Shown piece by piece: positions 47,492 to 58,069 of a stretch of 64,000 nt of DNA. The stretch's first letter is position 1; the number at the start of each line of letters is the position of its first letter. Below the pieces are notes generated by a model, which worked only from the letters and a program-made list of their open reading frames with translations, was not told the origin of the DNA and ran no database searches. A program made the position numbers and the translations under genes. Location of the stretch: assembly GCA_963783375.1 (NCBI GenBank), contig CAWANH010000028.1:800001-864000 (forward strand), read 5' to 3'. This stretch comes from Candidatus Eiseniibacteriota bacterium. Lineage in GTDB: Bacteria > Eisenbacteria > RBG-16-71-46 > JABDJR01.

Positions 47492-50400
47492 ATGAAGCGG
47501 CTCTCTTGGATTCCGGTGTTCGTACTGCTCGCGGCCATGTGTTTCGGCGCCGGTCTCGCACGACCCGCCGAGGCCACGGTATACCACCTGGTTGGAGGCG
47601 CACCCTACGCGGCCGCCTCGTTTGCCGAGCACGACAACTCCCAGGCTTACCTGGGATCCGGCGCCTGGTCGGAGACCTATCCCGCGGTGGGCGACGTATT
47701 CCAGATGTACATCAGCCCGGCCCAGTTCGGGACATCTTTCACGGTAGGTGATATCCAGAGCATCACCTACCACACCATCAACGGCGCGACCAATCCAAGC
47801 GACGTGGACTTCTATCTGAAGATCTACACCGAGCCGTACGTCGGCGGGGACGCGAGCTGGTACGGGAACCGGCTGAACGCCGAGCCGCTCTACTCCAACA
47901 GCTACGTGGGGCCCTCGGCTTGGGTCTGGAACACCTGGACCACGGACTCCGGGACGAACCAACTCACTTTCTTCGACTCCAATCACTGCGGCAACCTCGG
48001 CTTTTATGGGGGGGCCACCCTTCAGGACCTGACCGGTGGCTCGATCACCTGGTCCAGCTACGCGGGAGCGGGCGCGACGGCCGAGACCACTCCGATCGAC
48101 TACGCCAGCCAAGTGGTCAAGTATCTGAACTTCTCCACCGGCTCCGGCTGGGCGTCCTTCCACGGTTACATCGACGCCATCACCGTGGCCCTGACCAACG
48201 GGGACAGCTACGTCATCGACCTCGAGAGCACCACCGACCCGACGTACGTGGACGACGACTGGGCCGGAACCGCGCCGGGGGTCGAGGTCGCCTCCGGCAA
48301 GTTTTTCGGGTACAACGCCTTCGATAATATCCAGGACGGCATCGACTACGTTTCGGGGAGCACGGTGTACGTGGCTGCAGGCCACTATCCGATCAGCACC
48401 CCGATCGTCTGCAACATTCCGGTGGAGTTGAGTGGTCCGCAGGCCGGGGTCGACCCGCGGCCCTCGGCCGCCTCCAGCCGGACTCCCGGCGACACGCTGA
48501 GCGAGGCGGTGGTGGACGGGGGATACTCGACCGCGACGCTCCTCACCGTGGCCGCCGATGACGTGGTGATGGACGGTCTGGAGTTCACAAATGGGACGGG
48601 CGACCTCGTGGCCTCATCGGCCTCCGCCCCTATCAAGTATCGTACCCAGGTGCGGAACTGCATCATCCACGACTCCAGCGGCGACGAAGGGATGCAGCTC
48701 CGGAACGTCACCGACGGAACCGTCGAGCGGAACCTCGTCTACAACACCGCCGGCGATGGCATCAACATGTGCTGCGGGACCACCGGCTCGACGATCCAGG
48801 ACAACGAGGTTAGGGACATCGACAGCGACAACGGCGCCATCTACATGTACGAGACCACGAACATGCTCGTACAGCGGAACCTCGTCTACAACACCTCTCA
48901 GAACGACGGCATCAAGATGGGGGCTAAGGGAGGCGCCGACGCCGACTCCTCGGGCGGGCAGATCCTGGACAACGTGATTCACGACACCGATCAGGACGGA
49001 ATATCGATCTACACCAGCGACGTTGAGGTTTGCGGAAACGAGATCTACGGGAGCACCAGCGAAAACGGCGCCTTCTACGTCGCCTTCAACGTTGATAATG
49101 TCCAGGTCACCAAGAACCGCATTCACGACAACGGCTCCACTATGGATGCGAGGACCACCTACGGGATTCGGGTGGGCCGGGGTAGTTACCACCCGACCAA
49201 CGTGCTGATCCACGACAACGACGTCAAGGGCAACGAAGAGGGCCTTTTCAACAACAACGCCACCGGGCCGGCCCTGAACGCCGAGAGCAACTGGTGGGGA
49301 GACGCGAGCGGCCCGAGCGGCGACGGCTCCGGAACCGGCGACTCCATCACCGGCGGAAACGTCGATTTCACGCCCTGGCGCCTCATGGCCACCGGCGTGA
49401 CCGCCTGCTCCGGGAGCCCGGTGGACAACCCGGTGACGCCGGATCCGGCGGATTCGTGCCTGACCGCGGCGACGCCGTGCAACACGGTGAGCTTCGACAT
49501 CACCCGGTCCGAATGCGATTGGGATGCGTGCGTTCAGCGTGACCTTCCAGCTGAGCAGCGAGCTGGAGCTGTGCACGGGGAACCTGGGAGACATCGCGGA
49601 GGGGACGTACCTGAGCGGCGTCGGCGGCACGAACTTCCAGGTGCTGGACAACACCGGGGGATCCTACACGGTGGACGGTGCCATCCTGGGACTCCCCTGC
49701 GGGGCGACCGCCTCGACGGGGGCGCTGTTCACGGTGAACGTGACGAAGAGCGATTCGGCGTCGGCGGAGGATACGGGAACCATCACCGTGACCTCGGTGA
49801 CGTTCCGGGACTGCTAGAACGCTCCGATTCCCGGGATCGCCGGTGGAACGGGGACGCTGGACATCGACACGTCGGCGCCGGCGGCGATCGGCGACCTGGC
49901 GGCGACGCAGGAGAAGAGCGGGAACGGGTCGGACGGGACGACGAACATCGATCTGTCCTGGAGCGCGGTGACGGAGCCGGACGCGGACATGATCGAGATC
50001 TACCGCGCCGGCTTCGGTTACTATCCGGAGTACGACGACGCGGGCGGGTCGGTGCCGGCGACGCCGAGCTATCCGCCGTCGGGGGCGTGGACCCTGGCGG
50101 GGACGGTGGCGGCGACCGCGACGAGCTACTCGGACGAGCCGACGACGCGGGACTTCTGGTACTACATGGCGTTCGTGAAGGACCTGTGCGGGAACGTGTC
50201 GGCGGTGTCGAACCAGACGGGTGGGACGCTGAACTACCACCTGGGAGACGTGGCGCCGGCGGGGACGGGGAACAACGACTGGTCGAGCTGGCGGACATCT
50301 CGCTGATCTGGGCTTCGCACTACGGGATCAGCCTGAGCCCGGCCTCGGCGACGCGTTCAACTACCTGGACGTGGGCCCGACGACGGACTACAGCGTGGAC

Positions 50401-51165
50401 GCGCGTCCGACGACGGACAATCAGATCCAGTTCGAGGATCTGATCATGTTCGCGATCAACTACGGCCAGGTGTCGAAGCCGGGGATGCGTCCGGCGGGAG
50501 CGGAGAAGAACGCGGTGTCGCTGGAGATGCCGTCGGAGCTGGGCGGGACGTTCGAGGTGGGGATCGAAGCCTCGTCGGACGGAACGATCCAGGGGATGAC
50601 GCTACCGCTCCGTTGGAACGGGGAGGTGGTGGAGCCGATCGGGTTCACGGAAGGCGAGCTCGCGGGGCGTCAGGGCGGCCAGGTGCTGGTGCTGTCGCCG
50701 AAGCCGGGGACGGTGGACGCGGCGGTGTTCGGCTCGACGCTGAGAGGAAGCGGAGAGCTGGCGCGGGTGCGGTTCCACCGGATCGCCGCGGGAGACCCGG
50801 GGATCGGGTTCGGCGCGGTGGAGGCCCGGGACGGCCAGAACAAGAAGGTGGAGCTGGGGACGGAGACGGCGAAGCCGGGAGTGGCGTTGACCACGCGGCT
50901 CTTGCCGAGCGCTCCGAACCCGTTCCAGGCGTCGACCGGGATCCGGTTCGCCATGAAGGAGGCGGGCCCGGTGCAGGTGGACGTGTACGGTCTGGACGGC
51001 CGGCTGGTGCGGACGCTGTTGAACGGGACGCAGCCGGCGGGCGAGCGGACGGTGACCTGGGACGGCCGGGACAGCGCCGGCCGGGAGGTGGCGTCGGGAT
51101 CGTACGTGATCCGGTTCGTGACGCCGCAGAAGAGTGAATCGCAGCGGATCGTGCGGTTGAGGTAG
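47492..51165 (+). pseudogene. Large secreted beta-helix / cohesin-like / dockerin-like / FlgD-Ig protein, interrupted (pseudogene or consensus errors)
   Basis: Frameshift at about 49512, TAG at 49815-49817, frameshifts at about 50280 and 50345 relative to the intact paralog 52060-55575. Confidence 0.8.
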
Positions 51166-51210
51166 GTAGGAGGGCCCCGGGGCGGACTCGAGAGGAGACC
51201 CGTCCCGGGG
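49427..51210 (+). repeat. ~1.78-kb direct repeat, copy A
   Basis: Long near-identical stretches shared with 53839-55620, extending past the stop codon. Confidence 0.9.
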
Positions 51211-51321
51211 ACCCATCCCGGTTGGGGACCGCGCCGCGGCGCGCGGTCCCCACCTTTCCCTTGGTGCAGGTGGTCGATCCCAGTAGGACACACCCCCATC
51301 CAACGCTGAAGGAGAAGACCC

Positions 51322-51912
51322 ATGGCGAAGACAGTCGATCGGAATCTCTTGACTCGCCTCCTTCCATCCGTCCTCATGTTGTTGGTGATCTCGGTGTTCG
51401 TGGCGGCACGGCCCGCCTCCGCCGTCGATCTCACCTTCTCGTGCGACAGTCCAGGCTGTCTGTTCGTCAATACGGACACCCTCTCCGTATCGGTCGACAT
51501 CGATGCCGGCACCACCGATCTCCGGGGAGCGTCCCTATCCATCCTGTTCGACTCCGGCGCAGTCATGCCGGTGGCGGTGGAAGCGGGATCCTTGTGGGAC
51601 GACTCGAGCTGTTCGCCTTTCCTGTCCTGGCTGAATCCCGGTTCGCCCGATTCGGTGTACGCGGATCTCGGTGGTCTGGGTTGTTCCGTGGACGGGCCCG
51701 GCTCCATCCTCGTCATCAAGTTCACCTGCGTCAGCCCGTCTCCGGGTGTGCTGAGCTGTGGGACCAACTACCTTCGGAACTCGGCGAACACCGCCCTCCC
51801 CTATACCTGCACCCCGACGACGGTGCAGTGCGAGATTCCCACGGCGGCTGAAGCCACCACCTGGAGCCTGATCAAGGCCATGTACTCTTCGGAGGGCCAT
51901 TCGAGACAGTAG
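51322..51912 (+). CDS. Secreted single cohesin-like domain protein with TTW tail
   Basis: DTLSVSVDI...GASLSILFD...EAGSL...GPGSILVIKF; tail AEATTWSLIKAMYS. Confidence 0.75.
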   Translation: MAKTVDRNLLTRLLPSVLMLLVISVFVAARPASAVDLTFSCDSPGCLFVNTDTLSVSVDIDAGTTDLRGASLSILFDSGAVMPVAVEAGSLWDDSSCSPFLSWLNPGSPDSVYADLGGLGCSVDGPGSILVIKFTCVSPSPGVLSCGTNYLRNSANTALPYTCTPTTVQCEIPTAAEATTWSLIKAMYSSEGHSRQ

Positions 51913-52059
51913 AGAGAACGCTTCGAGCCGGGGCGGGTCCCTGCAGAAAGGTCGGCCCACGGCTCGCGTGAAGCTGGGTGCAGCGACGAGGGTTCCCCCA
52001 CCCTCCGGCAGGAGCCGACCCGGACGTTCAACAACCCCGGTCGGGGTGGAGGCAAGGCA

Positions 52060-55000
52060 ATGAAACACATCATCTCGGTCCTGGCGTTGGCCATCGTCCT
52101 TTCGGCGGTGCCGTCAGCCGTCCGGGCCCAGTTCGTGAACGAGGACGTCTCCGACGCGGCCATGGCGGCGGAGTTCTCGCACAACTACGACGGCACGAGC
52201 ACTCTTGATGCCGTCACCGATATTGCCGGGCCCGGGGTGCGTTTCCAGGCCTCTCCAACGGTGGGGAGCGGGTCGTGGAAGATCGGCATCTCGGACGATT
52301 ATCCCGTCTCGGGGACCTACGGGTTTCCCCAGAACGGGTCCGTTTCCGGCTGGGGCGACTGGTCGGGCTACACCGCCTACCAGCTTCACTTCCTGAACAA
52401 CGGGCCCGGGTGGGTGTACGCCAAGGTGTACTTCAACACCACTTCCTCGGGATATTACAACTCATCCGGCGGGATCTGGATCGCTCCCGGCGACGACGGC
52501 GTGGACACCATCTATCTGGTGGGAATTCCCTATCTGGACCAGATCTCGAACTTCGGCTTCGAGCTCTTCACCAACTACGGCACCGGGGCCTACGAGGCCA
52601 CCAGCTTCGACGTCACCGTGACCGCCGAGCCCATTCCCGCCACGAACGAAGTCTGGGTGGACGGCGCCTGGGCGGGGAGCAACCCGGGGCAGCCGGTGGG
52701 GGCCGGGCCCTACACCTACGGCTACAACGCTTTCGACACCATCCAGGATGGGATCGACAACGTCTCCGGAAGTATCGTGAACGTGGCCCCGGGAACCTAC
52801 GCCGGCGGCATCACCATCACGCATTCCGTCCAGATCCTGGGCTCCGGCGACGGGTCGAACCCCGGGGCCGACACCATCGTGAGCCTCCTGGCCGGGCAGA
52901 CCGGGTTCAACCTCCTGGCCGGAGGGAACTCGGCGGTGGACCGTCTGGAGATACGGGACCTGCGGGTCACCGGCGGAATTCGCGCGATCTACACCGACTC
53001 CGCCGTCGATTACCTGACCTTCGACAACCTCACCCTCACCGGCGCGTCCACCTACGGGATCGAGATCCACAACAGCGCGGTGGTGAATGACGTGGCGATG
53101 ACCGATTGCGACCTGGTCGGAAATGCCACCGCGATGCGGGTGCGCGGCCAGCTAGACGGGCTCGTCATGACCGATGGCCACCTGGACGGGAACACCAACG
53201 GTCTCTACTCGGTGGCGGGCGCTCCCTACATCTTCCGGAACGTCTCGGTGAGCGGCACCACCTTCGACAACAACTCCAACAAGGGTATGTATCTGGAAAT
53301 GCTGAGCGACGCCACGTTCGACGGGATCAGCGTGGCCTCGAGCGGGACCTCGGGGTCCTTCGCCGCGGGCATCGACATCAACCTGAAGGGATCGGCCTAC
53401 CAGAACATCGCCATCACCAACAGCTCGGTGACCGGGTGTGGGACCGGCGACCCGGTGAACGGGGTGGGCATCACGATCAAGGCCCGGGACGACGGATCCT
53501 ATGCGGGCACCCCCGCCACCCTCACCAACGTGGACCTGAGCGGATGCACGATCACCGGCAACCAGAACGGCCTCCGGTTCGGTGAGCCCGGCAAGAACAA
53601 CGCCGGCCCGACGGCCGTAGACGTGCACCAGTGCGACATCACCGGGAATCTGGGCACCGGTCTGGACAACCAGACCCTGGCCACGGATTCCGCGACCTGC
53701 AACTGGTGGGGAACGGTGCTGGGCCCGAACGATCCCCCGGCGAACATCTCCTCCGGGGACGCGGTGGCCGGGACCGTCACTTACTCCCCGTGGCTGGACG
53801 GGTCGATTTCGGGGACGCCGGCGTGCAACCAGACCGGGAACCCGGTGACGCCGGATCCGGAATCGACGTGCCTGACCGCGGCGACCCCCTGCAACACGGT
53901 GAGCTTCGACATCACCCGGACCGACGCGGCCGGGATGCGTGCGTTCAGCGTGACTTTCCAGCTGAGCAGCGAGCTGGAGCTGTGCACGGGAAGCCCGGGA
54001 GACATCGCGGAGGGGACGTACCTGAGCGGGGTCGGCGGAACGAACTTCCAGGTGCTGGACAACACCGGGGGGTCCTACACGGTGGACTGCGCGATCCTGG
54101 GACTTCCCTGCGGGGCGACGGCGGCGACCGGGACGCTGTTCACGGTGAACGTGAAGGCGAGCGGAACGGCGTCGTCGGAGGATACGGGAACCATCACCGT
54201 GACCTCGGTGACGTTCCGGGACTGCTCGAACGCTCCGATTCCCGGAACGGCGGGCGGTGTGGGAACGCTGGACATCGACACGTCGGCGCCGGCGGCGATC
54301 GGCGACCTGGCGGCGGTGCAGGTGAAGACGGGGAACGGCAGCGACGGGACGACGAACATCGATCTGTCCTGGAGCGCGGTGACGGAGCCGGACGCGGACG
54401 TGATCGAAATCTACCGCGCCGGCTATGGCGACTATCCGGAGTACGACGACGGCACGGGTACGGTGCCGGCCACGCCGAGCTATCCGCCGTCGGGGGCGTG
54501 GACGTACGTGGCGACGGTGGCGGCGACCGCCACGAGCTACTCGGATGAGCCGGCGACACGTGACTTCTGGTACTACACGGCGTTCGTGAAGGACCTGTGC
54601 GGGAACGTGTCGGGGGTGTCGAACCAGACGGGTGGGACGCTGAACTACCACCTGGGGGATGTGACGAACGGGTCGGTCAACGGCCAGGGCGACAACCTGG
54701 TCTCGTTGGCCGACATCTCTCACCTGGGCGCCAACTACGGGGCGACCTTGGTGTTCAACGACCCGTTCAACTACCTGGACGTGGGCCCGACGACGGACTA
54801 CAGCGTGGACGCGCGCCCGACCACGGACAATCAGCTCCAGTTCGAGGATCTGATTCTGTTCGCGATCAACTACGGGGCGGTGTCGAAGCCGGGGATGCGT
54901 CCGGCGGGATCGGAGAAGAACGCGGTGTCGCTGGAGATGCCGTCGGAGCTGGGTGGGACGTTCGAGGTGGGGATCGAAGCCTCGTCGGACGGAACGATCC

Positions 55001-55575
55001 AGGGGATGACGCTACCGCTCCGTTGGAACGGGGAGGTGGTGGAGCCGATCGGTTTCACGGAAGGCGAGTTCGCGGGACGTCAGGGGGGCCAGGTGCTGGT
55101 GCTGTCGCCGAAGCCGGGGACGGTGGACGCGGCGGTGTTCGGGTCGACGCTGAGGGGAAGCGGTGAGCTGGCGCGGGTGCGGTTCCACCGGATCGCGGCG
55201 GGGGACCCGGGGATCGGGTTCGGCGCGGTGGAGGCCCGGGACGGCCAGAACAAGAAGGTGGAGCTGGGAACGGCGACGGCGAAGCCGGGAGTGGCGTTGA
55301 CCACGCGGCTCCTGCCGAGCGCTCCGAACCCGTTCCAGGCGTCGACGGGGATCCGGTTCTCGTTGAAGGAGGCGGGCCACGTCCGGGTGGACATCTTCAG
55401 CACCGACGGCCGCTTGGTGCGGACGCTGATGGACGGCGGATTGCCGGCCGGAGAGCGGACGCTGACCTGGGACGGTCGCGACGGCGCCGGCCGGGAAGTG
55501 GCGTCGGGATCGTACGTGATCCGGTTCGTGACGCCGCAGAAGAGTGAATCGCAGCGGATCGTGCGGTTGAGGTAG
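52060..55575 (+). CDS. Secreted modular protein: CBM-like, beta-helix, cohesin-like, FN3-like, dockerin-like, cohesin-like, FlgD-Ig C-terminal domain
   Basis: Signal peptide; IQDGID.V..G.Y beta-helix cap; NWWG; ADISHLGANYG and EDLILFAINYG; PNPF...GRLVRTL...WDGRD..G..VASGSY. Confidence 0.82.
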   Translation: MKHIISVLALAIVLSAVPSAVRAQFVNEDVSDAAMAAEFSHNYDGTSTLDAVTDIAGPGVRFQASPTVGSGSWKIGISDDYPVSGTYGFPQNGSVSGWGDWSGYTAYQLHFLNNGPGWVYAKVYFNTTSSGYYNSSGGIWIAPGDDGVDTIYLVGIPYLDQISNFGFELFTNYGTGAYEATSFDVTVTAEPIPATNEVWVDGAWAGSNPGQPVGAGPYTYGYNAFDTIQDGIDNVSGSIVNVAPGTYAGGITITHSVQILGSGDGSNPGADTIVSLLAGQTGFNLLAGGNSAVDRLEIRDLRVTGGIRAIYTDSAVDYLTFDNLTLTGASTYGIEIHNSAVVNDVAMTDCDLVGNATAMRVRGQLDGLVMTDGHLDGNTNGLYSVAGAPYIFRNVSVSGTTFDNNSNKGMYLEMLSDATFDGISVASSGTSGSFAAGIDINLKGSAYQNIAITNSSVTGCGTGDPVNGVGITIKARDDGSYAGTPATLTNVDLSGCTITGNQNGLRFGEPGKNNAGPTAVDVHQCDITGNLGTGLDNQTLATDSATCNWWGTVLGPNDPPANISSGDAVAGTVTYSPWLDGSISGTPACNQTGNPVTPDPESTCLTAATPCNTVSFDITRTDAAGMRAFSVTFQLSSELELCTGSPGDIAEGTYLSGVGGTNFQVLDNTGGSYTVDCAILGLPCGATAATGTLFTVNVKASGTASSEDTGTITVTSVTFRDCSNAPIPGTAGGVGTLDIDTSAPAAIGDLAAVQVKTGNGSDGTTNIDLSWSAVTEPDADVIEIYRAGYGDYPEYDDGTGTVPATPSYPPSGAWTYVATVAATATSYSDEPATRDFWYYTAFVKDLCGNVSGVSNQTGGTLNYHLGDVTNGSVNGQGDNLVSLADISHLGANYGATLVFNDPFNYLDVGPTTDYSVDARPTTDNQLQFEDLILFAINYGAVSKPGMRPAGSEKNAVSLEMPSELGGTFEVGIEASSDGTIQGMTLPLRWNGEVVEPIGFTEGEFAGRQGGQVLVLSPKPGTVDAAVFGSTLRGSGELARVRFHRIAAGDPGIGFGAVEARDGQNKKVELGTATAKPGVALTTRLLPSAPNPFQASTGIRFSLKEAGHVRVDIFSTDGRLVRTLMDGGLPAGERTLTWDGRDGAGREVASGSYVIRFVTPQKSESQRIVRLR

Positions 55576-55620
55576 ATAGGAGGGCCCCGGGGCGGATCCG
55601 ATGTGAGACCCGTTCCGGGG
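53839..55620 (+). repeat. ~1.78-kb direct repeat, copy B
   Basis: Matches 49427-51210. Confidence 0.9.
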
Positions 55621-55772
55621 CCGGCCGCCGCCGCGGCGGCAAGGATTCCATCCGGAGGGGACCGTCTCGCCAAATCATGGGTGGCGGTGGAAGTCCTTCC
55701 GGGACGAAGTACTGACCATCCGGAGCGACAGGGGTTGCCCCGGTTTGATGGCCAGGGAGAGGAAGCACCAAG

Positions 55773-56417
55773 ATGAAGACCATACTCATAATCATGGCGG
55801 TCGGTCTGCTCGCGCTCGAGGCGCCGTCGGTCGCGCTGGCCGCCGATGCCAGCTCGGGGATCTCCGATGCGTGCCAGCTCCAGTGGGTCCGGGATCACCG
55901 GGATGGCCCCGGCACCCTCGCCGCGGGGTATCCCGTCCTCGCCTCCCCCGCGGGAGTGCGGTGGGTCGCCGACTCCCCGGGGTCCGGCTCCTGGGAGATC
56001 CAGATCGGGGACGCCTACGATACCCCGACCACCGGGGCGGGGATGTTGAGCTGCTACGGTTTCCCCACGTCGGCGACGCTCCTGGACTGGAGCGGCTATA
56101 CCAGCTTCAGCATGAAGTTCACGAACAACGATCCGGTCAACGGCTTCTCCGTCCAGCTCATCATCAACACCGGGGCGACGGCGAGCGGCGAAGTCAACAA
56201 CCTCTACTCGACCCCGCTGGAAGCGGTGGCTCCCGGGGGGGCGCACTCCCTCACCCTGTCCCTGGCCGGCGTGGCCAACCTGAACCACGTCTCCAACGTC
56301 TCCTTCAAGCTGGTCGCCGACACGGATCAGATCGACGTCAGGGTGGAGCCCGAGTTGCCCCCGGTTCCGACCGAGCCGACGACCTGGGGGGTGCTGAAGA
56401 GCCGGTACACGAACTGA
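55773..56417 (+). CDS. Secreted CBM-like domain protein with TTWG tail
   Basis: Paralog of the 58070 N-terminus; ends PTEPTTWGVLKSRYTN. Confidence 0.82.
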   Translation: MKTILIIMAVGLLALEAPSVALAADASSGISDACQLQWVRDHRDGPGTLAAGYPVLASPAGVRWVADSPGSGSWEIQIGDAYDTPTTGAGMLSCYGFPTSATLLDWSGYTSFSMKFTNNDPVNGFSVQLIINTGATASGEVNNLYSTPLEAVAPGGAHSLTLSLAGVANLNHVSNVSFKLVADTDQIDVRVEPELPPVPTEPTTWGVLKSRYTN

Positions 56418-56465
56418 TGAAGGCGTCGACGGGCCGTCCGATGGTCCGCTCGAGCCGGAAAGAGG

Positions 56466-57986
56466 ATGGGTGATGGGGACCGGTCCGGCGCCGGACCGGT
56501 CCCCCACCGACCCATGACGGAACTGCGGTGCGCCGGCCGGAAGCGGATACCGGTCCGGCCGGCGCCGGTCTTCCTCATTGTGGCCCTGTTGACCGTCCTC
56601 GGGGCCCCCGGCTGGGCCGGGGCCTCGGGCACCGCCGTGGATGTGATCCCGGCGCCGGGCCCGGTGGCCCGTTCGGTGGCGGTGGGGACCTGGCACCTCC
56701 TCACCACGGGGGACTGGGCCTTCCAACCGTCCGAACCCATCACCCACCTGGAGGTGGCGATCTATGACAGCGCCACGACCCTGGAGCGCGGGTCGGGCCC
56801 CTTCCCGTTCTCGACGAGGCGGAATTCCGGACCCGGTGTGGACGGACCGGAGGATGCTTCAGGCGACCTGGGCTGCGAATCCACCCCGGGCGTGCTCTGC
56901 GACAGTAACCAGAAGCTGTTCGGAAAGCCGCACTACGAGTCGTTGCGCCTCTATGGCGGCAGTCTCTCCGCCGGTTCCGGATATTCCCTGGGCTTCAGCG
57001 GGCCGGTTCCCTCCCAGGTCTGGATCCATCCGATGCGACCCGACTACTTCACGATGTCCACCACCGTGCTCCAGAGCGGCGAGGCCAAGCTTCAGACCGC
57101 GGCCTACGGGCCGGCCACGGTCACGCGGGTGCTGAGCGGCTCGGAGACCCGCTTCGTCTACAGCGGTCTCACCGACCAGTCCGCCACCGGGGTCAAGGAC
57201 GACTACCCGGTTCAGAGCTACGGGCAGCGGCCCGGTTCCCACGGTAACGGCGACTTCGGCTGGTTCTCCGGCTACTCGCTCCGGTTCACCAACGAAGGGC
57301 CGGACCCGATCCACGTGAACCTGTTCATGAACACCGGCTTCACCGGGGTGAGCGGAAACCCGACCTCCACCCTGGCCAACGACACCTTCTGGAAGGGGAG
57401 CGAGATCTACCTGACCCCCGGGAATTCGGGTCTGGCCTGGCTGGATTTCGACGACGTCACCGGTTGGACCCTGTCCGACAACCCCGTTCCCCACACCGGA
57501 GGCGGGGAGTCGTGGCCGGAGGGAACCTCGGGGATCGCGATCAACGTGTTCGACCGCCTCCAGGTGAGCGCGATCGGCTGGGAGGTCCGGCTGGCCCGCG
57601 CCGGCACCGGGTCGGCGACCCTCCTGGTCGCCCCGGAGGCCTCCGACCGCTACGCCGTGCCTCCGGTACAGGTCGGGATCGGCGCGGACCTCGGGAGCCG
57701 CGCCCCAGGGTTCTACCCTCCCCGGCCCAACCCCTTTCACACGACGACCCGGATCCCCTTCGCCCTCCCCGGCCCGGCGCCGGCGCGGGCCGTGATCCGG
57801 GTGTTCGACCCGGCGGGACGACTGGTCCGCGTCCTGCTCGACGAAGTGATTTCCCCCGGTCCCGGCTCCGTCTCCTGGGACGGCCGGGGCGACGATGCGA
57901 TGCCGCTTGCCGCGGGGGTCTACTACCTGCGGATGGATGTCACCGGACGTCCCGCGGCGCGCCGCGCGGTGATTCTGCTCGATTGA
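56466..57986 (+). CDS. Secreted protein with CBM-like domain and FlgD-Ig C-terminal domain (start may be about 56514)
   Basis: Hydrophobic signal; FSGYSLRFTN...NLFMNTG; PNPF...GRLVR.L...WDGR. Confidence 0.75.
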   Translation: MGDGDRSGAGPVPHRPMTELRCAGRKRIPVRPAPVFLIVALLTVLGAPGWAGASGTAVDVIPAPGPVARSVAVGTWHLLTTGDWAFQPSEPITHLEVAIYDSATTLERGSGPFPFSTRRNSGPGVDGPEDASGDLGCESTPGVLCDSNQKLFGKPHYESLRLYGGSLSAGSGYSLGFSGPVPSQVWIHPMRPDYFTMSTTVLQSGEAKLQTAAYGPATVTRVLSGSETRFVYSGLTDQSATGVKDDYPVQSYGQRPGSHGNGDFGWFSGYSLRFTNEGPDPIHVNLFMNTGFTGVSGNPTSTLANDTFWKGSEIYLTPGNSGLAWLDFDDVTGWTLSDNPVPHTGGGESWPEGTSGIAINVFDRLQVSAIGWEVRLARAGTGSATLLVAPEASDRYAVPPVQVGIGADLGSRAPGFYPPRPNPFHTTTRIPFALPGPAPARAVIRVFDPAGRLVRVLLDEVISPGPGSVSWDGRGDDAMPLAAGVYYLRMDVTGRPAARRAVILLD

Positions 57987-58069
57987 CCCAGGGTCCGATC
58001 GCGGGCGCCCGGCTACCCCATGGCCGGGGCGCTTAGGTCGAACTCGTTGCTTCTCACCCGAGAAGGAGT

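Noticed and set aside
49427-55620. The repeat pair as a diversity-generating retroelement or mobile element
   Set aside because: No reverse transcriptase, transposase or terminal repeats in the window; differences are not adenine-specific and the repeat is far longer than a DGR template.
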